Positions 35,996 through 45,600 of a stretch of DNA of 64,000 nucleotides are shown one piece after another; positions within the stretch are counted from its first letter, which is position 1; each line of letters opens with the position of its first letter. The stretch covers positions 1-64,000 of the IMG/VR virus record IMGVR_UViG_2934069824_000002, one strand, 5' to 3'. Under the pieces are notes generated by a model. It saw only the letters and a list, made by a program, of their open reading frames with translations, was not told the origin of the DNA and made no database searches. The stretch is from a virus. Lineage: Duplodnaviria > Caudoviricetes. Made by a program: the position numbers and the translations under genes.

Positions 35996-36339
35996 GAGCG
36001 GTCGCCGTGGTCCGGGGCCTGGCACTGCCGCAGGGCGAAGTCCCAGTACCAGGAACTGCCGTTGACGTAGAGGCGCGTCCAGCCCGCGCGGATGCGGTCC
36101 ACAGGGAGGCCGGGCATCTGGACCTCGACGTGCCGCCCGTCGGTCATTCCGAGGTCGAAGGCGAACCTGCCCTCGCCGTAGTCGGCGAGGGGGGTGCGGT
36201 CGATCGAGGCCACGGCCAGGCCGTGCTCCTTGGCCAGGTCGGCGATGAACGTCTGGATGTTCTCGGCGGCCTGCTGCTCGGTCGCCCCTTCGACGGGGCC
36301 GGAGCCCGGGTTGATGAACGTCATCTTCCGAGTGTCCAT
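35992..36339 (-). CDS. Hypothetical protein translationally coupled to the integrase
   Basis: MDTRKMTFINPGSG...GEGRFAF...EVQMPG...RLYVNGSSWYW; ATGA overlap with int. Confidence 0.7.
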   Translation of the reverse strand: MDTRKMTFINPGSGPVEGATEQQAAENIQTFIADLAKEHGLAVASIDRTPLADYGEGRFAFDLGMTDGRHVEVQMPGLPVDRIRAGWTRLYVNGSSWYWDFALRQCQAPDHGDRS

Positions 36340-36366
36340 CACTAAGGGTGTCTCTGCCAGAGTTTC

Positions 36367-36603
36367 GGGAAGACGACGCTCCTCGCCAGCCTGCTGGGCG
36401 CGGTCGGGGTGAACGAGCGGATCGTGCTCGCCGAGGACTCCGCCGAACTGCGGCCGGACCATCCGCATGTGGTCCGCCTGGAGTCCCGTCCCGCCAATCA
36501 GGAGGGAGCGGGCCGGGTGACTTTGCGAGATCTGGTGCGGCAGGCACTGCGCATGCGGCCCGACCGGCTGGTGGTCGGAGAGGTGCGGGGCGCTGAAGTC
36601 ACC
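36367..36603 (+). pseudogene. tadA: Internal fragment of a TadA/CpaF-family secretion ATPase gene
   Basis: [10 protein letters not shown]...[12 protein letters not shown]...[24 protein letters not shown]; similarity stops abruptly on both sides. Confidence 0.9.
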
Positions 36604-36681
36604 CAGCTGACTGGTAAGAAACCACCAATACAAGCGCTACGTGATTACCCCTGGTCAGAGGCCTTCCTGCCTCAAGCATGA

Positions 36682-36713
36682 CTGAACCCCGGCGCCGTCG
36701 CGCCGGGGTTCAG
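36682..36713. terminator. Hairpin near the prophage 2 end
   Basis: CTGAACCCCGGCGC...GCGCCGGGGTTCAG. Confidence 0.55.
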
Positions 36714-36932
36714 CAGCCGCTCCCCGCCCTGCCGGGGGAGGAAGAGGGGGAGGGCTGATCGGGGCCCCTCCATCAGAGGGGAGCGTCGGCGGCCCAGTCG
36801 AGTCGTCGGCGCCGACTTCACTCGAACGAGTGAGCGAATTCGACAGCTTCACCGTACACGCAGCGTGCTTGATCGGCAGATTTAAGGTCAACCCTAAAGA
36901 CAAACGATCATGGCCCCGGTGAGCGTTGCCGG

Positions 36933-37172
36933 GTGTACCACGAGCCGCTGCCTCCCGACCGCGTCCGGGCCCGGCGCCTGCAGATCGCGGACAACATCCG
37001 CGCAGCCCGCATCTACACGGGCTACACCCAGGAGGAGGCCAGCATCCGGGCAGGCATTTCGCTCGACAGCTACAACCGGATCGAGCAGGGGCACGCGTCC
37101 CCCAGGATCGACACCCTGATCAAGATTGCGGACGGCATCGGCGTGGAGCTCGAGACCTTCGTACGCAGGTAG
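36933..37172 (+). CDS. Small XRE-family HTH regulator
   Basis: IRAARIYTGYTQEEASIRAGISLDSYNRIEQG...LIKIADGIGV. Confidence 0.85.
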   Translation: MYHEPLPPDRVRARRLQIADNIRAARIYTGYTQEEASIRAGISLDSYNRIEQGHASPRIDTLIKIADGIGVELETFVRR

Positions 37173-37201
37173 GCCCCCGGCCACTGCTCGGTCGGGGGCC
37201 T
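37171..37201. terminator. Hairpin between convergent genes
   Basis: AGGCCCCCG...CGGGGGCCT. Confidence 0.6.
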
Positions 37202-37209
37202 GCCTGTGC

Positions 37210-38310
37210 CTACGCCCTGCTGGGCTGGACGACCAGGTGCGGATCGCGCAGCCACACCTGATGGCCGCGGGGTGTCACGGTCAGGCCGAACTGGTCGGCG
37301 TCGGGTCGGCCGGCCTCTTCGTACTCCCGCCAGGCCCGCTCGATCTCCTCCCACAGGAAGCCGGGCCCGTACTGCAGCACCTCCTCGCCGGTGGCGGCCA
37401 TGACTCCCGCCCCGTCCACGCTGCTCACCCAGACCCGGGCACCGTCGGCGGTCTCGTGGCCGGAGACCCGGACACCGGGCATCCTCGCCCCGGCGTACAG
37501 AGCGAACCCGAGGTCGAGAATCCGCGCGGGGTCCAGGCCTGCGGCCCGGGCCCGACCGCTGCCCGTGATCTCGTGGTGGACCGGGCGGTGCGAGCGCATC
37601 GGCATGTACATCGCCGAGCCGCAGAACGGGCCGACTGCGGTCCCGTCGCCCTGGACGTGGAGTTGGACCAGCGCACCGGACCAGAAGTCGCGGGCGAGCG
37701 GGGCCACGATGACCCCGCCGGGCCGGACCTGCCCGACGAGCGCGTACGGGATGTATCGCAGCGCGCACGTGGCGATGACGCGGTCGACCAAGCCCATGCC
37801 GGGGATCGCCTCCGCACCGTCGCCGACGTGGAGGTGCGGCCGGTATCCGGATCCGGCGATGGCATCGGCGGCCTGCTGCGCCAGCACGGGGTCCACCTCG
37901 ACGCTGTAGACCTGCTCGTCGCCGAGCCGCTCGCTGAGCAGCGCGGCAACGTACCCGGTCCCGGTGCCGATCTCGAGGACCCGGTGACCGTCCTCGACTC
38001 CGAGGAGCCCGAGCATCCGGGCCACCATCGACGGCTGCGAGTTCGACGACGTCGCGATGCCGGGTCCGCCCACGGCCCCGTCGTCGAGCTGGGTGACTAC
38101 CGGCTCGTCGCTGTTCACCAAGGCCAGCCAGTCGTCTGTCCCTACCACCGGCTCGCACCGGTCGGGGAGCTGACGCCAGATGTCCGCCGGCACGAACTGA
38201 CTGCGGGGAACGGCCTCCCAGACCTGCCGCCAGCGGGCATCGAGCAGCCTGCGATCGGCGAGGTCCTGGACGAGGGCCGGGTACGTGCCGGTCTCCTGCG
38301 CCGTGCTCAC
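37210..38310 (-). CDS. Protein-L-isoaspartate O-methyltransferase homologue, RiPP-associated type
   Basis: TSSNSQPSMVARML, VLEIGTGTGY SAM motif, DRVIATC; C-terminal extension LWEEIE...FGLTVT...VWL. Confidence 0.9.
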   Translation of the reverse strand: MSTAQETGTYPALVQDLADRRLLDARWRQVWEAVPRSQFVPADIWRQLPDRCEPVVGTDDWLALVNSDEPVVTQLDDGAVGGPGIATSSNSQPSMVARMLGLLGVEDGHRVLEIGTGTGYVAALLSERLGDEQVYSVEVDPVLAQQAADAIAGSGYRPHLHVGDGAEAIPGMGLVDRVIATCALRYIPYALVGQVRPGGVIVAPLARDFWSGALVQLHVQGDGTAVGPFCGSAMYMPMRSHRPVHHEITGSGRARAAGLDPARILDLGFALYAGARMPGVRVSGHETADGARVWVSSVDGAGVMAATGEEVLQYGPGFLWEEIERAWREYEEAGRPDADQFGLTVTPRGHQVWLRDPHLVVQPSRA

Positions 38311-38441
38311 TGGGCGCGCTTCTGCGGGCGGCTGCCGTCGGGGGACGGGGCAGGTGCCGGGTCCGGCTTCCACGGCGTGTCGGACGGCTGCCCGCCGTGC
38401 TTGCCGTCGTCGGCCTGCTGGGGCGTCTGGGGATTCGTCAT
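38307..38441 (-). CDS. 44-aa putative RiPP precursor MTNPQTPQQADDGKHGGQPSDTPWKPDPAPAPSPDGSRPQKRAQ
   Basis: ATGA overlap upstream and GTGA overlap with the methyltransferase; two Asp-Gly motifs. Confidence 0.72.
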   Translation of the reverse strand: MTNPQTPQQADDGKHGGQPSDTPWKPDPAPAPSPDGSRPQKRAQ

Positions 38442-38650
38442 CGGTCTGCCCTTCGTCCAGGACCGCCGGGTGCGGCGGCCAGGTGGTCCGCAGGGGCGAC
38501 GCGCTGTCGGGCCTCACGCCACTTCCGGCCGAGCTTGGAGGCGGTGGCGCACGCCGTGCCTGCTCGGCATCCGGCGCAGGTCCTGGTGTGGCGCAGCCAC
38601 TTCCTGTACGCCGCGTCGCCCGGTGCGGTCTGTAAGGTCTCGGCGCTCAT
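38438..38650 (-). CDS. Small HxxxCxxC-x5-C protein
   Basis: AYRKWLRHTRTCAGCRAGTAC...LGRKWREAR; first gene of the operon. Confidence 0.65.
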   Translation of the reverse strand: MSAETLQTAPGDAAYRKWLRHTRTCAGCRAGTACATASKLGRKWREARQRVAPADHLAAAPGGPGRRADR

Positions 38651-38777
38651 GGGTGCTCGCCCCCTACGGGATGGGTTGCGGCACCGGTCGATCCTGGCGG
38701 GGGGACCGGTGCCGCTGGTTACTGGGATCACGCTAGGTGCCCGCGCGATCACACCCCAGGGGCGAACCCCACCACTC

Positions 38778-38820
38778 TAAGCGGCCGCACCCCACCGAGG
38801 TAGGGCGCTACGTCCTACCT
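38778..38820 (-). promoter_or_regulatory. Operator inverted repeat ahead of the peptide/methyltransferase operon
   Basis: AGGTAGG-N9-CCTACCT at 38798-38820; TAGAGT -10-like hexamer on minus near 38775. Confidence 0.5.
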
Positions 38821-40025
38821 CACAGGGCCGGGTCAACGCCGAGCCGCGACGCGAGGCCGCGAAGCGAGGAGTTCCGCCGGCGCTCGGCCTCGAGCATCTC
38901 CCGCACCGTCGCCGCCGCCCCGGCCTGGAACCGGATCCACTCCGGCTGATCGGTCTCCACCTCCAGGAGCAGCGTCAGCGCACCCTCGTTGTCGCCGGTC
39001 TGGTAACGGGCCTGCGCCACGTCCACCCGGTACGACGCCGAGTGCACCGGACGGCTGATGTTGCCGAGGTGGACATCGGCGGCGGCGTCCAGCGCAACGT
39101 TCGGCATGCCGTCGGTGCCAGCCAGGGCTGCATTCACCTTCTGCGTCAGCACGTCGGTCACGCTGAACGCGGTCCCGTACGCGCGGACCGGGCCGGACTG
39201 CACGGCAGCACCCTCGGCCAACCCGAGCAGGTAGAGCGCCTCCTCGTGCTGGTCGGCACGTGCGTACGGCGTCGCCGCTGCGATCAAGAGATTTCCGTAG
39301 ACGGCGAGCTGGTCCGCTGTCGCACCGCGCCGCCGCGGCTCGAGCTGGTCTGCCTTCCGTTCCGCGATGTCCCGCGCCTGCTCCCACCGGCCCTGACGCA
39401 AAAGGACCCAGGACAGCGTCGATACGCCCATGCCCTCAAGCAGCGGATCGGACGCCCGCGCGGCGGCAGACAGTTGCTTCTCCACCGCGGTGTACGCCCA
39501 GTCGGGATGACCGGCCTGGGTAGAGAGGGACGCGGCCAGCTGGTAGGCGAGGGCGAGACTCCGCCACACGCTCTCGGTGTCGTGCTGGCGCGCGGTGGCG
39601 CGGCCGTCCCGGAGCAGGCCCGGCAGTACGCCAGCGAGCTCGGAGTAGCCACCGGTCCAGTACGTGTCGGTGGCGGCCGTCACCTGCCGCGCCCACTCGG
39701 CAGGGCTCGGCGGGTCCTCGAGGTCCTCGTCGCCCAGAATGCCGGGCAGTGACCCGGGATCCTGGATCGCGTCGCGCATGGCCAGGAGGCCGCCGTCAGG
39801 GGGAAGTTCGCTGGTCACGGTGGGCTGTCCTACGAGGCGCTCGAGCTGGACGTCCAGCGCCCGCGCGATACTGCGCAGAGTGTTGATCCGCGCGGCCTGC
39901 CGTCGGTTCTGCTCAAGCTTCCGGATGGTGTCGATGGACACTCCGGACCGGTCGGCCAGCGTTTCCTGGGTGATGTCGCGGAACTCTCGCAACGCGCGGA
40001 TGCGGTCGCCAATGGACGTATTCAT
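38820..40025 (-). CDS. XRE-family regulator with C-terminal TPR-like helical domain
   Basis: IGDRIRALREFRDITQETLADRSGVSIDTIRKLEQ HTH; helical C-terminus ending PEWIRFQ...LASRLG. Confidence 0.88.
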   Translation of the reverse strand: MNTSIGDRIRALREFRDITQETLADRSGVSIDTIRKLEQNRRQAARINTLRSIARALDVQLERLVGQPTVTSELPPDGGLLAMRDAIQDPGSLPGILGDEDLEDPPSPAEWARQVTAATDTYWTGGYSELAGVLPGLLRDGRATARQHDTESVWRSLALAYQLAASLSTQAGHPDWAYTAVEKQLSAAARASDPLLEGMGVSTLSWVLLRQGRWEQARDIAERKADQLEPRRRGATADQLAVYGNLLIAAATPYARADQHEEALYLLGLAEGAAVQSGPVRAYGTAFSVTDVLTQKVNAALAGTDGMPNVALDAAADVHLGNISRPVHSASYRVDVAQARYQTGDNEGALTLLLEVETDQPEWIRFQAGAAATVREMLEAERRRNSSLRGLASRLGVDPAL

Positions 40026-40075
40026 GTGGACCCCCGCCAGAAGGTTGAATCCACGGTACTCCGAAACGCAGAAAT

Positions 40076-40102
40076 GCCCCCCACCGCCGAAGCGGTGGGG
40101 GC
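40076..40102 (-). terminator. Terminator after the lysis cassette
   Basis: GCCCCCACCG...CGGTGGGGGC followed by ATTTCT on minus. Confidence 0.6.
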
Positions 40103-40106
40103 GTTC

Positions 40107-40742
40107 TCACGGGCGGCGGCGGGTGGGGTCCAGGGCGAGGGCGAGCGGGCTGGGTGTGCTGGCGGGTTCCTCCGGCTGCGACGGTGTGGTCCGCCGGCAG
40201 ACGAGGGCGTCCGGGTCGGTGGGCGGCGGCTGCAGGGTGTACCCGTCCGGGCAGGTCTGACCATCGGCACCATCGCGCCCGTCAACGCCGTCCTTCCCGT
40301 CCTTGCCGACCCCGTCCTTCCCGGCGGGCCCTGGCGGGCCAGCAGGCCCCGCGGGGCCCGTCGGGCCGGGGACCACCGAGTCGGCCCCGGCCTGACCGGC
40401 CGCGCCGGACGGGCCGGGGATCGGCGTCGCCGCTGCCCCGTCGCGTCCGTCTTCCCCAACTCCGGCCTTTCCCGGAGGACCGGACGAGCCCGGCGGACCG
40501 GGTGGGCCGGACGGGCCGACGAGGCTCTCGCCCGGCTCGCCGCGCGTCCCCGGCGGCCCGGCGACGGGGGACGCCCCGAGGCGCTCGACCTGCTGCGCCA
40601 GCTGGTCCCGGGCGAGGTTCGCCGCTCGGAGGTCGGAGGCGAGGTCCTGCACCGTGAGGATCGCCGCCCCGGCGAGCAGCGCGCCCAGGAGCGTGAGCAG
40701 GTTGCCGAGCCAGGGCCGGGCGTGCTCGCGTCGGTGCGTCAT
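40107..40742 (-). CDS. Collagen-like membrane-anchored protein
   Basis: N-terminal TM, Gly-X-Y repeats, CPDGY...LVC C-terminus. Confidence 0.8.
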   Translation of the reverse strand: MTHRREHARPWLGNLLTLLGALLAGAAILTVQDLASDLRAANLARDQLAQQVERLGASPVAGPPGTRGEPGESLVGPSGPPGPPGSSGPPGKAGVGEDGRDGAAATPIPGPSGAAGQAGADSVVPGPTGPAGPAGPPGPAGKDGVGKDGKDGVDGRDGADGQTCPDGYTLQPPPTDPDALVCRRTTPSQPEEPASTPSPLALALDPTRRRP

Positions 40743-41032
40743 GCTCCGGCCCCCTTCACGGTCATGGCGAGGTACGGGAGCAGCGCGACCACGACGGTGA
40801 TGACGACGCCGATCATCCACCGGCGGGTCGCGATGAGCTTGTCGGTGTCCTTCTCCCGTTGCGTCTCCAGCGCGGTCACGCGGGAGGCGATCTGCTCTTT
40901 CTCGATCGTGTAGACGTCGCGCGGGACGACGGCGTCGAGCCGCGCGTTCAGGTTCCCCAGGTCCTCGCGTACGTCGTCGCGCAGGGACTGGATGAGCCGC
41001 CCGAGCTCGCCGTTCGACGGCTCATCAGCCAT
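40739..41032 (-). CDS. Lysis-cassette membrane protein
   Basis: MADEPSNGELGR...coiled coil, C-terminal TM. Confidence 0.75.
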   Translation of the reverse strand: MADEPSNGELGRLIQSLRDDVREDLGNLNARLDAVVPRDVYTIEKEQIASRVTALETQREKDTDKLIATRRWMIGVVITVVVALLPYLAMTVKGAGA

Positions 41033-41048
41033 GGGTGGTGCTCCGTTC

Positions 41049-41267
41049 TCAGATGCTCGCCGGGTCCTTGGCGGCGGGCAGCGTGGACGCGGTGCCCTTG
41101 CGGCCGAGCCGCCCGGCCACCCACGACTTAGCCGACGCGGCGAGCAGCGCGACCGGGGCCGCCCACCACACCGGCACATCAGCCAGCTCGACGACGGCCA
41201 GGCCGAGCGCGGCCTCCGCCCCCGTCCACGCGGACCGCTCGACGAGGTCCAGCAACAGTCTCTGCAT
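41049..41267 (-). CDS. Holin (r1t-like)
   Basis: LLDLVERSAWT...two TM segments...GTAS. Confidence 0.8.
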   Translation of the reverse strand: MQRLLLDLVERSAWTGAEAALGLAVVELADVPVWWAAPVALLAASAKSWVAGRLGRKGTASTLPAAKDPASI

Positions 41268-41306
41268 GATCAATCTCCTAGGGGTTGGTGAAGCGAGTTG
41301 GTGGGG

Positions 41307-42182
41307 TCAGACGTTGGGGACCTTGAGCCGGTCCCACGAGCCCTTGCCGGGGATGCCGTCGGCGGCCGCGCCGGAGTAGCCGCACTTGCGCTGCCAGGCG
41401 GCGTACGACTTCCGGTCCGCCTCCGACCACCTCGGGCCCGGGCCGACCGCGTACCGGCCGCAGCCCTCGGCGGCCAGGCGGCGGCCCATCGCGGTGACGA
41501 CCGGGCTGTTGCGGCCGGCCTTGAAGAACGCCGCCCCGGGGAACGGCTCGTACCGCGGCTTCGCCGGCGGCTCGGCCGGGCCGTCGGCGGAGCTCCCGAG
41601 CCGCTTGCCGATCCGCGTGCGCATCGAGTTCATGGTGAATCCGCGCGGATCGACCTTGCCCGGCTGCCACTCCAGGTGGCCGAGCACGGACCGGGGCCCC
41701 CAGCCGTGCGCCCGGCAGACGGCGGCGGCCGCGCGCTCGATCGCGAGCAGCTGCTCGGCCGGCCACGGGTCCTCACCGTCGCCGAGGTTCACCGCTTCGA
41801 ACCCGTAGAAGTGGCGGTTCCCGTCGGTGTTGGCCTCGTTGTCCGGCGGGAGCTCCCTCTCGGCGATGACGGCCTGGAGGACGTCGTCGTCGCCGGACCC
41901 GGCGTGGTTCGCGCGCCCGTGGCCGACGAGGTACACGGTGCCGTCCTTGGCGATGACGCCGTGGCAGAGCGGCCCGGGCAGGGCGGAGTGGCCGTTGTAG
42001 CAGAGCTCCACGGAAGAGGCGGTTCCCGACGTCACGGTGTGGTGGATCATCACGCCGTGCATCGGGCCCACCGGACCCTTGTGGTTGCGGCTGTTGGTGC
42101 GCCAGCTCCGGTGTTCGACGACGTGGAGGCCCTCGTCGCGGAGGGCTTTCAGAAGTTTGTCGGCGGAGAGGAATGTGGCCAT
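41307..42182 (-). CDS. Endolysin: amidase plus peptidoglycan-binding domain
   Basis: Same motifs as, and nearly identical to, 5090..5977. Confidence 0.93.
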   Translation of the reverse strand: MATFLSADKLLKALRDEGLHVVEHRSWRTNSRNHKGPVGPMHGVMIHHTVTSGTASSVELCYNGHSALPGPLCHGVIAKDGTVYLVGHGRANHAGSGDDDVLQAVIAERELPPDNEANTDGNRHFYGFEAVNLGDGEDPWPAEQLLAIERAAAAVCRAHGWGPRSVLGHLEWQPGKVDPRGFTMNSMRTRIGKRLGSSADGPAEPPAKPRYEPFPGAAFFKAGRNSPVVTAMGRRLAAEGCGRYAVGPGPRWSEADRKSYAAWQRKCGYSGAAADGIPGKGSWDRLKVPNV

Positions 42183-42246
42183 GTAGGCCCTCCAGACATG
42201 ACGACGCCCCGGCCGTTGCGGCTCGGGGCGGGGGTGAACGGGTGGA

Positions 42247-42687
42247 TCAGACGGCTTCGTAGACCGTGAGGAGCACCGACGAGTAGACGTTGAGGTTCAT
42301 GCCGGTGGCGAGGGTGACGACGAGCTTCGCGGTGTGGTTGCCCGCCGCAGGGATGACCTCGCGGTACGTCTGCGGGGTGGACCCGCGGTCGCCCGTTGTA
42401 CCCGGCCCCTGCTGGTAGACGGCGAACTCCCCGACGCCGGCCCCGTCGATGAAGAGGCGTCCGGAGGACAGGCCGCCGATCGTGGTTGTCGGGTCGAAGT
42501 CGCACACGATCGTGGCGGTGATCACCGCGCCTGCGGTCTGGGTGGTGAAAGGGATGCTGATGCCGGGCGCGTCCGCGTTGGTCAGCGGCCCGGTAAGCGC
42601 GGCGGTCTGGGTGCCAGCCCGGTAGGTCTTGGGCTGCAAGCGGTTGAGCTGGTCGGCGGTCACCCGCTGTCCGGCGAGGATCGGCAT
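42247..42687 (-). CDS. Minor tail protein
   Basis: Nearly identical to 5988..6428. Confidence 0.8.
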   Translation of the reverse strand: MPILAGQRVTADQLNRLQPKTYRAGTQTAALTGPLTNADAPGISIPFTTQTAGAVITATIVCDFDPTTTIGGLSSGRLFIDGAGVGEFAVYQQGPGTTGDRGSTPQTYREVIPAAGNHTAKLVVTLATGMNLNVYSSVLLTVYEAV

Positions 42688-42698
42688 GATGCCCCCTT

Positions 42699-45600
42699 TC
42701 AGAGTGCGGCGCGCATCGGGTGGGTGAGGGACAGGTCGGTCCCGGCCGTCTGGTCCTTGACGATGCCGTTGATGGACCGGGTGACGTGGAAGGGCACCGG
42801 CCCGGACACCTCGAACTGATCGGTGGCGACGATCACGGGCAGCGCGTTCGTGTTGTTGACCTGCAAGTTCATCCGGACGCCGGTTTGCCCGGCCGTCGTG
42901 ATGCTGCCGTCCGTGGCGGTCGCCTGCCACGTTCCCGGCTCCGCTGTCCCGTCGCGCCAGCCGCGGGCCTGGAGGCTCGTGCCGGTGGTCTGAAGACGGA
43001 TCCAGTAGGTGTCCCCGGCCGCGTACGTTCCGGCAAGGAGCGAGCTGATCGACAGGGTCGTGTACGTGCCTCCAACGACCTTGCGGATCCGGACGTCGAT
43101 CGTGGCGTCCGCGTGGCAGTGGAGAACAGCGTGGTAGTACGTTCCGCTGTCCTGGTACCGGGACATGACGGCCATGTCGATGGAGTCGGTGGCAGCCACC
43201 ACCGGCACCGTCATCGCCGCACGGATGTCGGTGTCGGCCAGCGTCGGGCCGGTGATGATCCGGCGCGAGGAGTCCACCGACGTGAGCGCGATCAGGCCCC
43301 GCCCGCCGTCGACCGTGTACTCCGTGGCGGATCCGCCGGAGCGGGTCCAGGCGTGCCCGGAGGAGCTGGTGCCCCACCCCGAACCGACTGCGGTGACACG
43401 CACGTTGTCCCATGTGGCGACGACCGGCAGCGCGTTCGTGTTCCCGCCGGACAGGATGGTGCGGGTCCCGACCGGCCCGGCCGCCGGGATCGACGTGGTG
43501 TATGCCTGCACATCCCAGCCGGTCGGCTCGGCGGTGGCGGTGGCCCACAGTTTGGCCTGCAGCACGCTGCCGACCAGGCGGGCGCGCACCGTCCACGTCT
43601 GCCCACCCGAGTAGGCCCCCTTGGAGACTGCTGCGGCGATCGTGGTGGACACGCCCGCGACCCGGGAGACGAGGAGCACGCTGATCGTTCCGGCGGTCGC
43701 CCTCACGACCTCGACGTAGTAGTAGTCCGCGGTGCTGGCCGCGCGCAGGCGCAGGCCCGTGGAGATCGAGGCGCCCGTCGCCACGACCGGCACGGTGATG
43801 TCGGCCTGCATGTCGACGTCGGCCAGGGCCACGGCCGACAGCTGCGTGAACCGGCTGCTGTTGACGACGCCCGCGCTGACGGTGCCGGCGCCGCTGCCGA
43901 CCGCGTAGTCCGCGCTGGTGCCGCCGGAGTTGGTCCACGCCTGTCCGGTGGTGGCGGTGCCCCAGCCGCCCGTCACCGTGCGGTCGAACGCGTCGGTGAC
44001 GGTGGGCGGCAGGGCGCCCCGGGTGAACGTGTCGGTAACGGTGGGCGCCGTGGAGGAGCCGATGCTGTGGACCGTCACGACCTCGCCGCCGACGGTGACG
44101 TCGAACGGGAACTGGTCGCCCATGTCCGGACCGGTGTGGGTGTCGGTGCGGGCGAGGCGCACGTCGTCGGTGATCCACCACTCGCCGACGGTCCAGGTCG
44201 AGCGGCCCTCCACGCCGAGCCGGACACCGACCGCCCCGGCCGGGAGCGTCGCGGACACGCTGAGGTACGTCCACGTGCCGGCCGACACCGACGGCGCCGC
44301 CCCGTAGATGAACGACTCGACACCGCCCGCGTCTCTCCAGACGATGGCGACCCTCATGTTGTTGGCGGCCGCGCCGCCGGAGCGCACCCAGGCGCCGCCC
44401 GCCCACGTCTGCCCGGTGGCGGCGGGCTGCACGGCCGACGGGTCCCAGAGGTTGAGCGTGCCGGTGTCGGTGGGGTGCACGCGGGTGACCCGCAGAGCGC
44501 CCGTCCCGGAGTGGACGATGCCGGTCTCGTGGGAGACGACGCCGATGCTGGCCCCCCGGGTGCATGCCCACGCCCCGGTCCCGGACTCGAACCCGGGGTC
44601 CGCGAGGACGTTCGGTGCGGCCGTGACCCAGGACGGGCCTGCCGTCACCGTTACGGGGAGCACGGTGTCCGCAGCCGCCACCGCCCCGGCCAGCTCCGAT
44701 CCGTCCGTGTCCGCCCGGCCCAGCACCGGGTCCTCCACCACACCCACCGTCCACGGTCGGGCGGGGACGCAGTTCATCTCGAGCGTCCACTGGAACTGGT
44801 CGAGGACCTCGGTGTAGCCGAGCACGTGCTGATCGATCGTGTCCGGCGGCAGCCACCGCGGCGGGTTTCGGACCTGGACCCGGTCGCCGATGTCCATCGC
44901 GAGGACGTCGTCGACCAGGTGGGGTGCGGCGTGGAGCCACACGCTGATCGTCGGGTATCGGGCCTCGTCCCAGGTGCCGAGGTGGGTGCGCCACTGGGCG
45001 ATCGGCTCGGGCTGGTTGTCGTCGTACAGCGACAGGGTCAGCGCCTCGTCGTACGGGCCGACACCGTCGGGCGGCGGCTGCACGGACAGCGGCCCGGTCG
45101 CCACCACCGAGCGAGCCGATGTCCCGCCGTCGCGGGTGACCGTGACGTCGTTGCGGAGCCGCTGGTCGTCCTCCACGGGATCCAGCGGTGGCGGGACCTC
45201 CCCGGGCGCGGTGTAGTCGAGGGCCAGGGCGACGGGCTGGTTGTAGAGCGTCCGACGGTCCCGGTACACCAGCCCGGTGCGGTCGCGCCGCTCGTAGAGG
45301 ATCCCGCCGTCCGCGTTCTGGATTTCCTCCAGCAGGCTCAGGAGGGTGTCCGGGCGCTGGGGGCCGAGCCGGGTGGACCGGTCCGGGTAGTCCGAGCCGC
45401 GGCCGACCAGGTCGACGGTGGCGGCCTCCTCGGCCCCGAGCCGGGCTATGCGGGCCAGGCTGCTTTCGCCGAGGAAACCGTCGTCGGCTCCCTCGAAGAT
45501 CGTGGTGGTGGGCGGCGCGTCGAGAACACCGGTGCCGGGCGTGGTGAAGATGGCCATGTGCCCGAGGGACATGCCTTCCATGGTCGAGTCCCAGGCGCCG

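Larger units (their letters stand above)
1..36365 (-). mobile_element. Prophage 1 (temperate siphophage with serine integrase); left end probably outside the window
   Basis: Ordered integrase, repressor, replication, HNH, terminase, portal, capsid, tail and lysis genes; right boundary where the tadA fragment begins. Confidence 0.93.

Noticed and set aside
36409-36681. 90-aa ORF as an intact gene
   Set aside because: Internal tadA fragment reading through into phage-arm sequence; no RBS, and homology extends upstream of the GTG
40250-40560. GC-rich tandem repeat
   Set aside because: Explained by collagen Gly-X-Y coding
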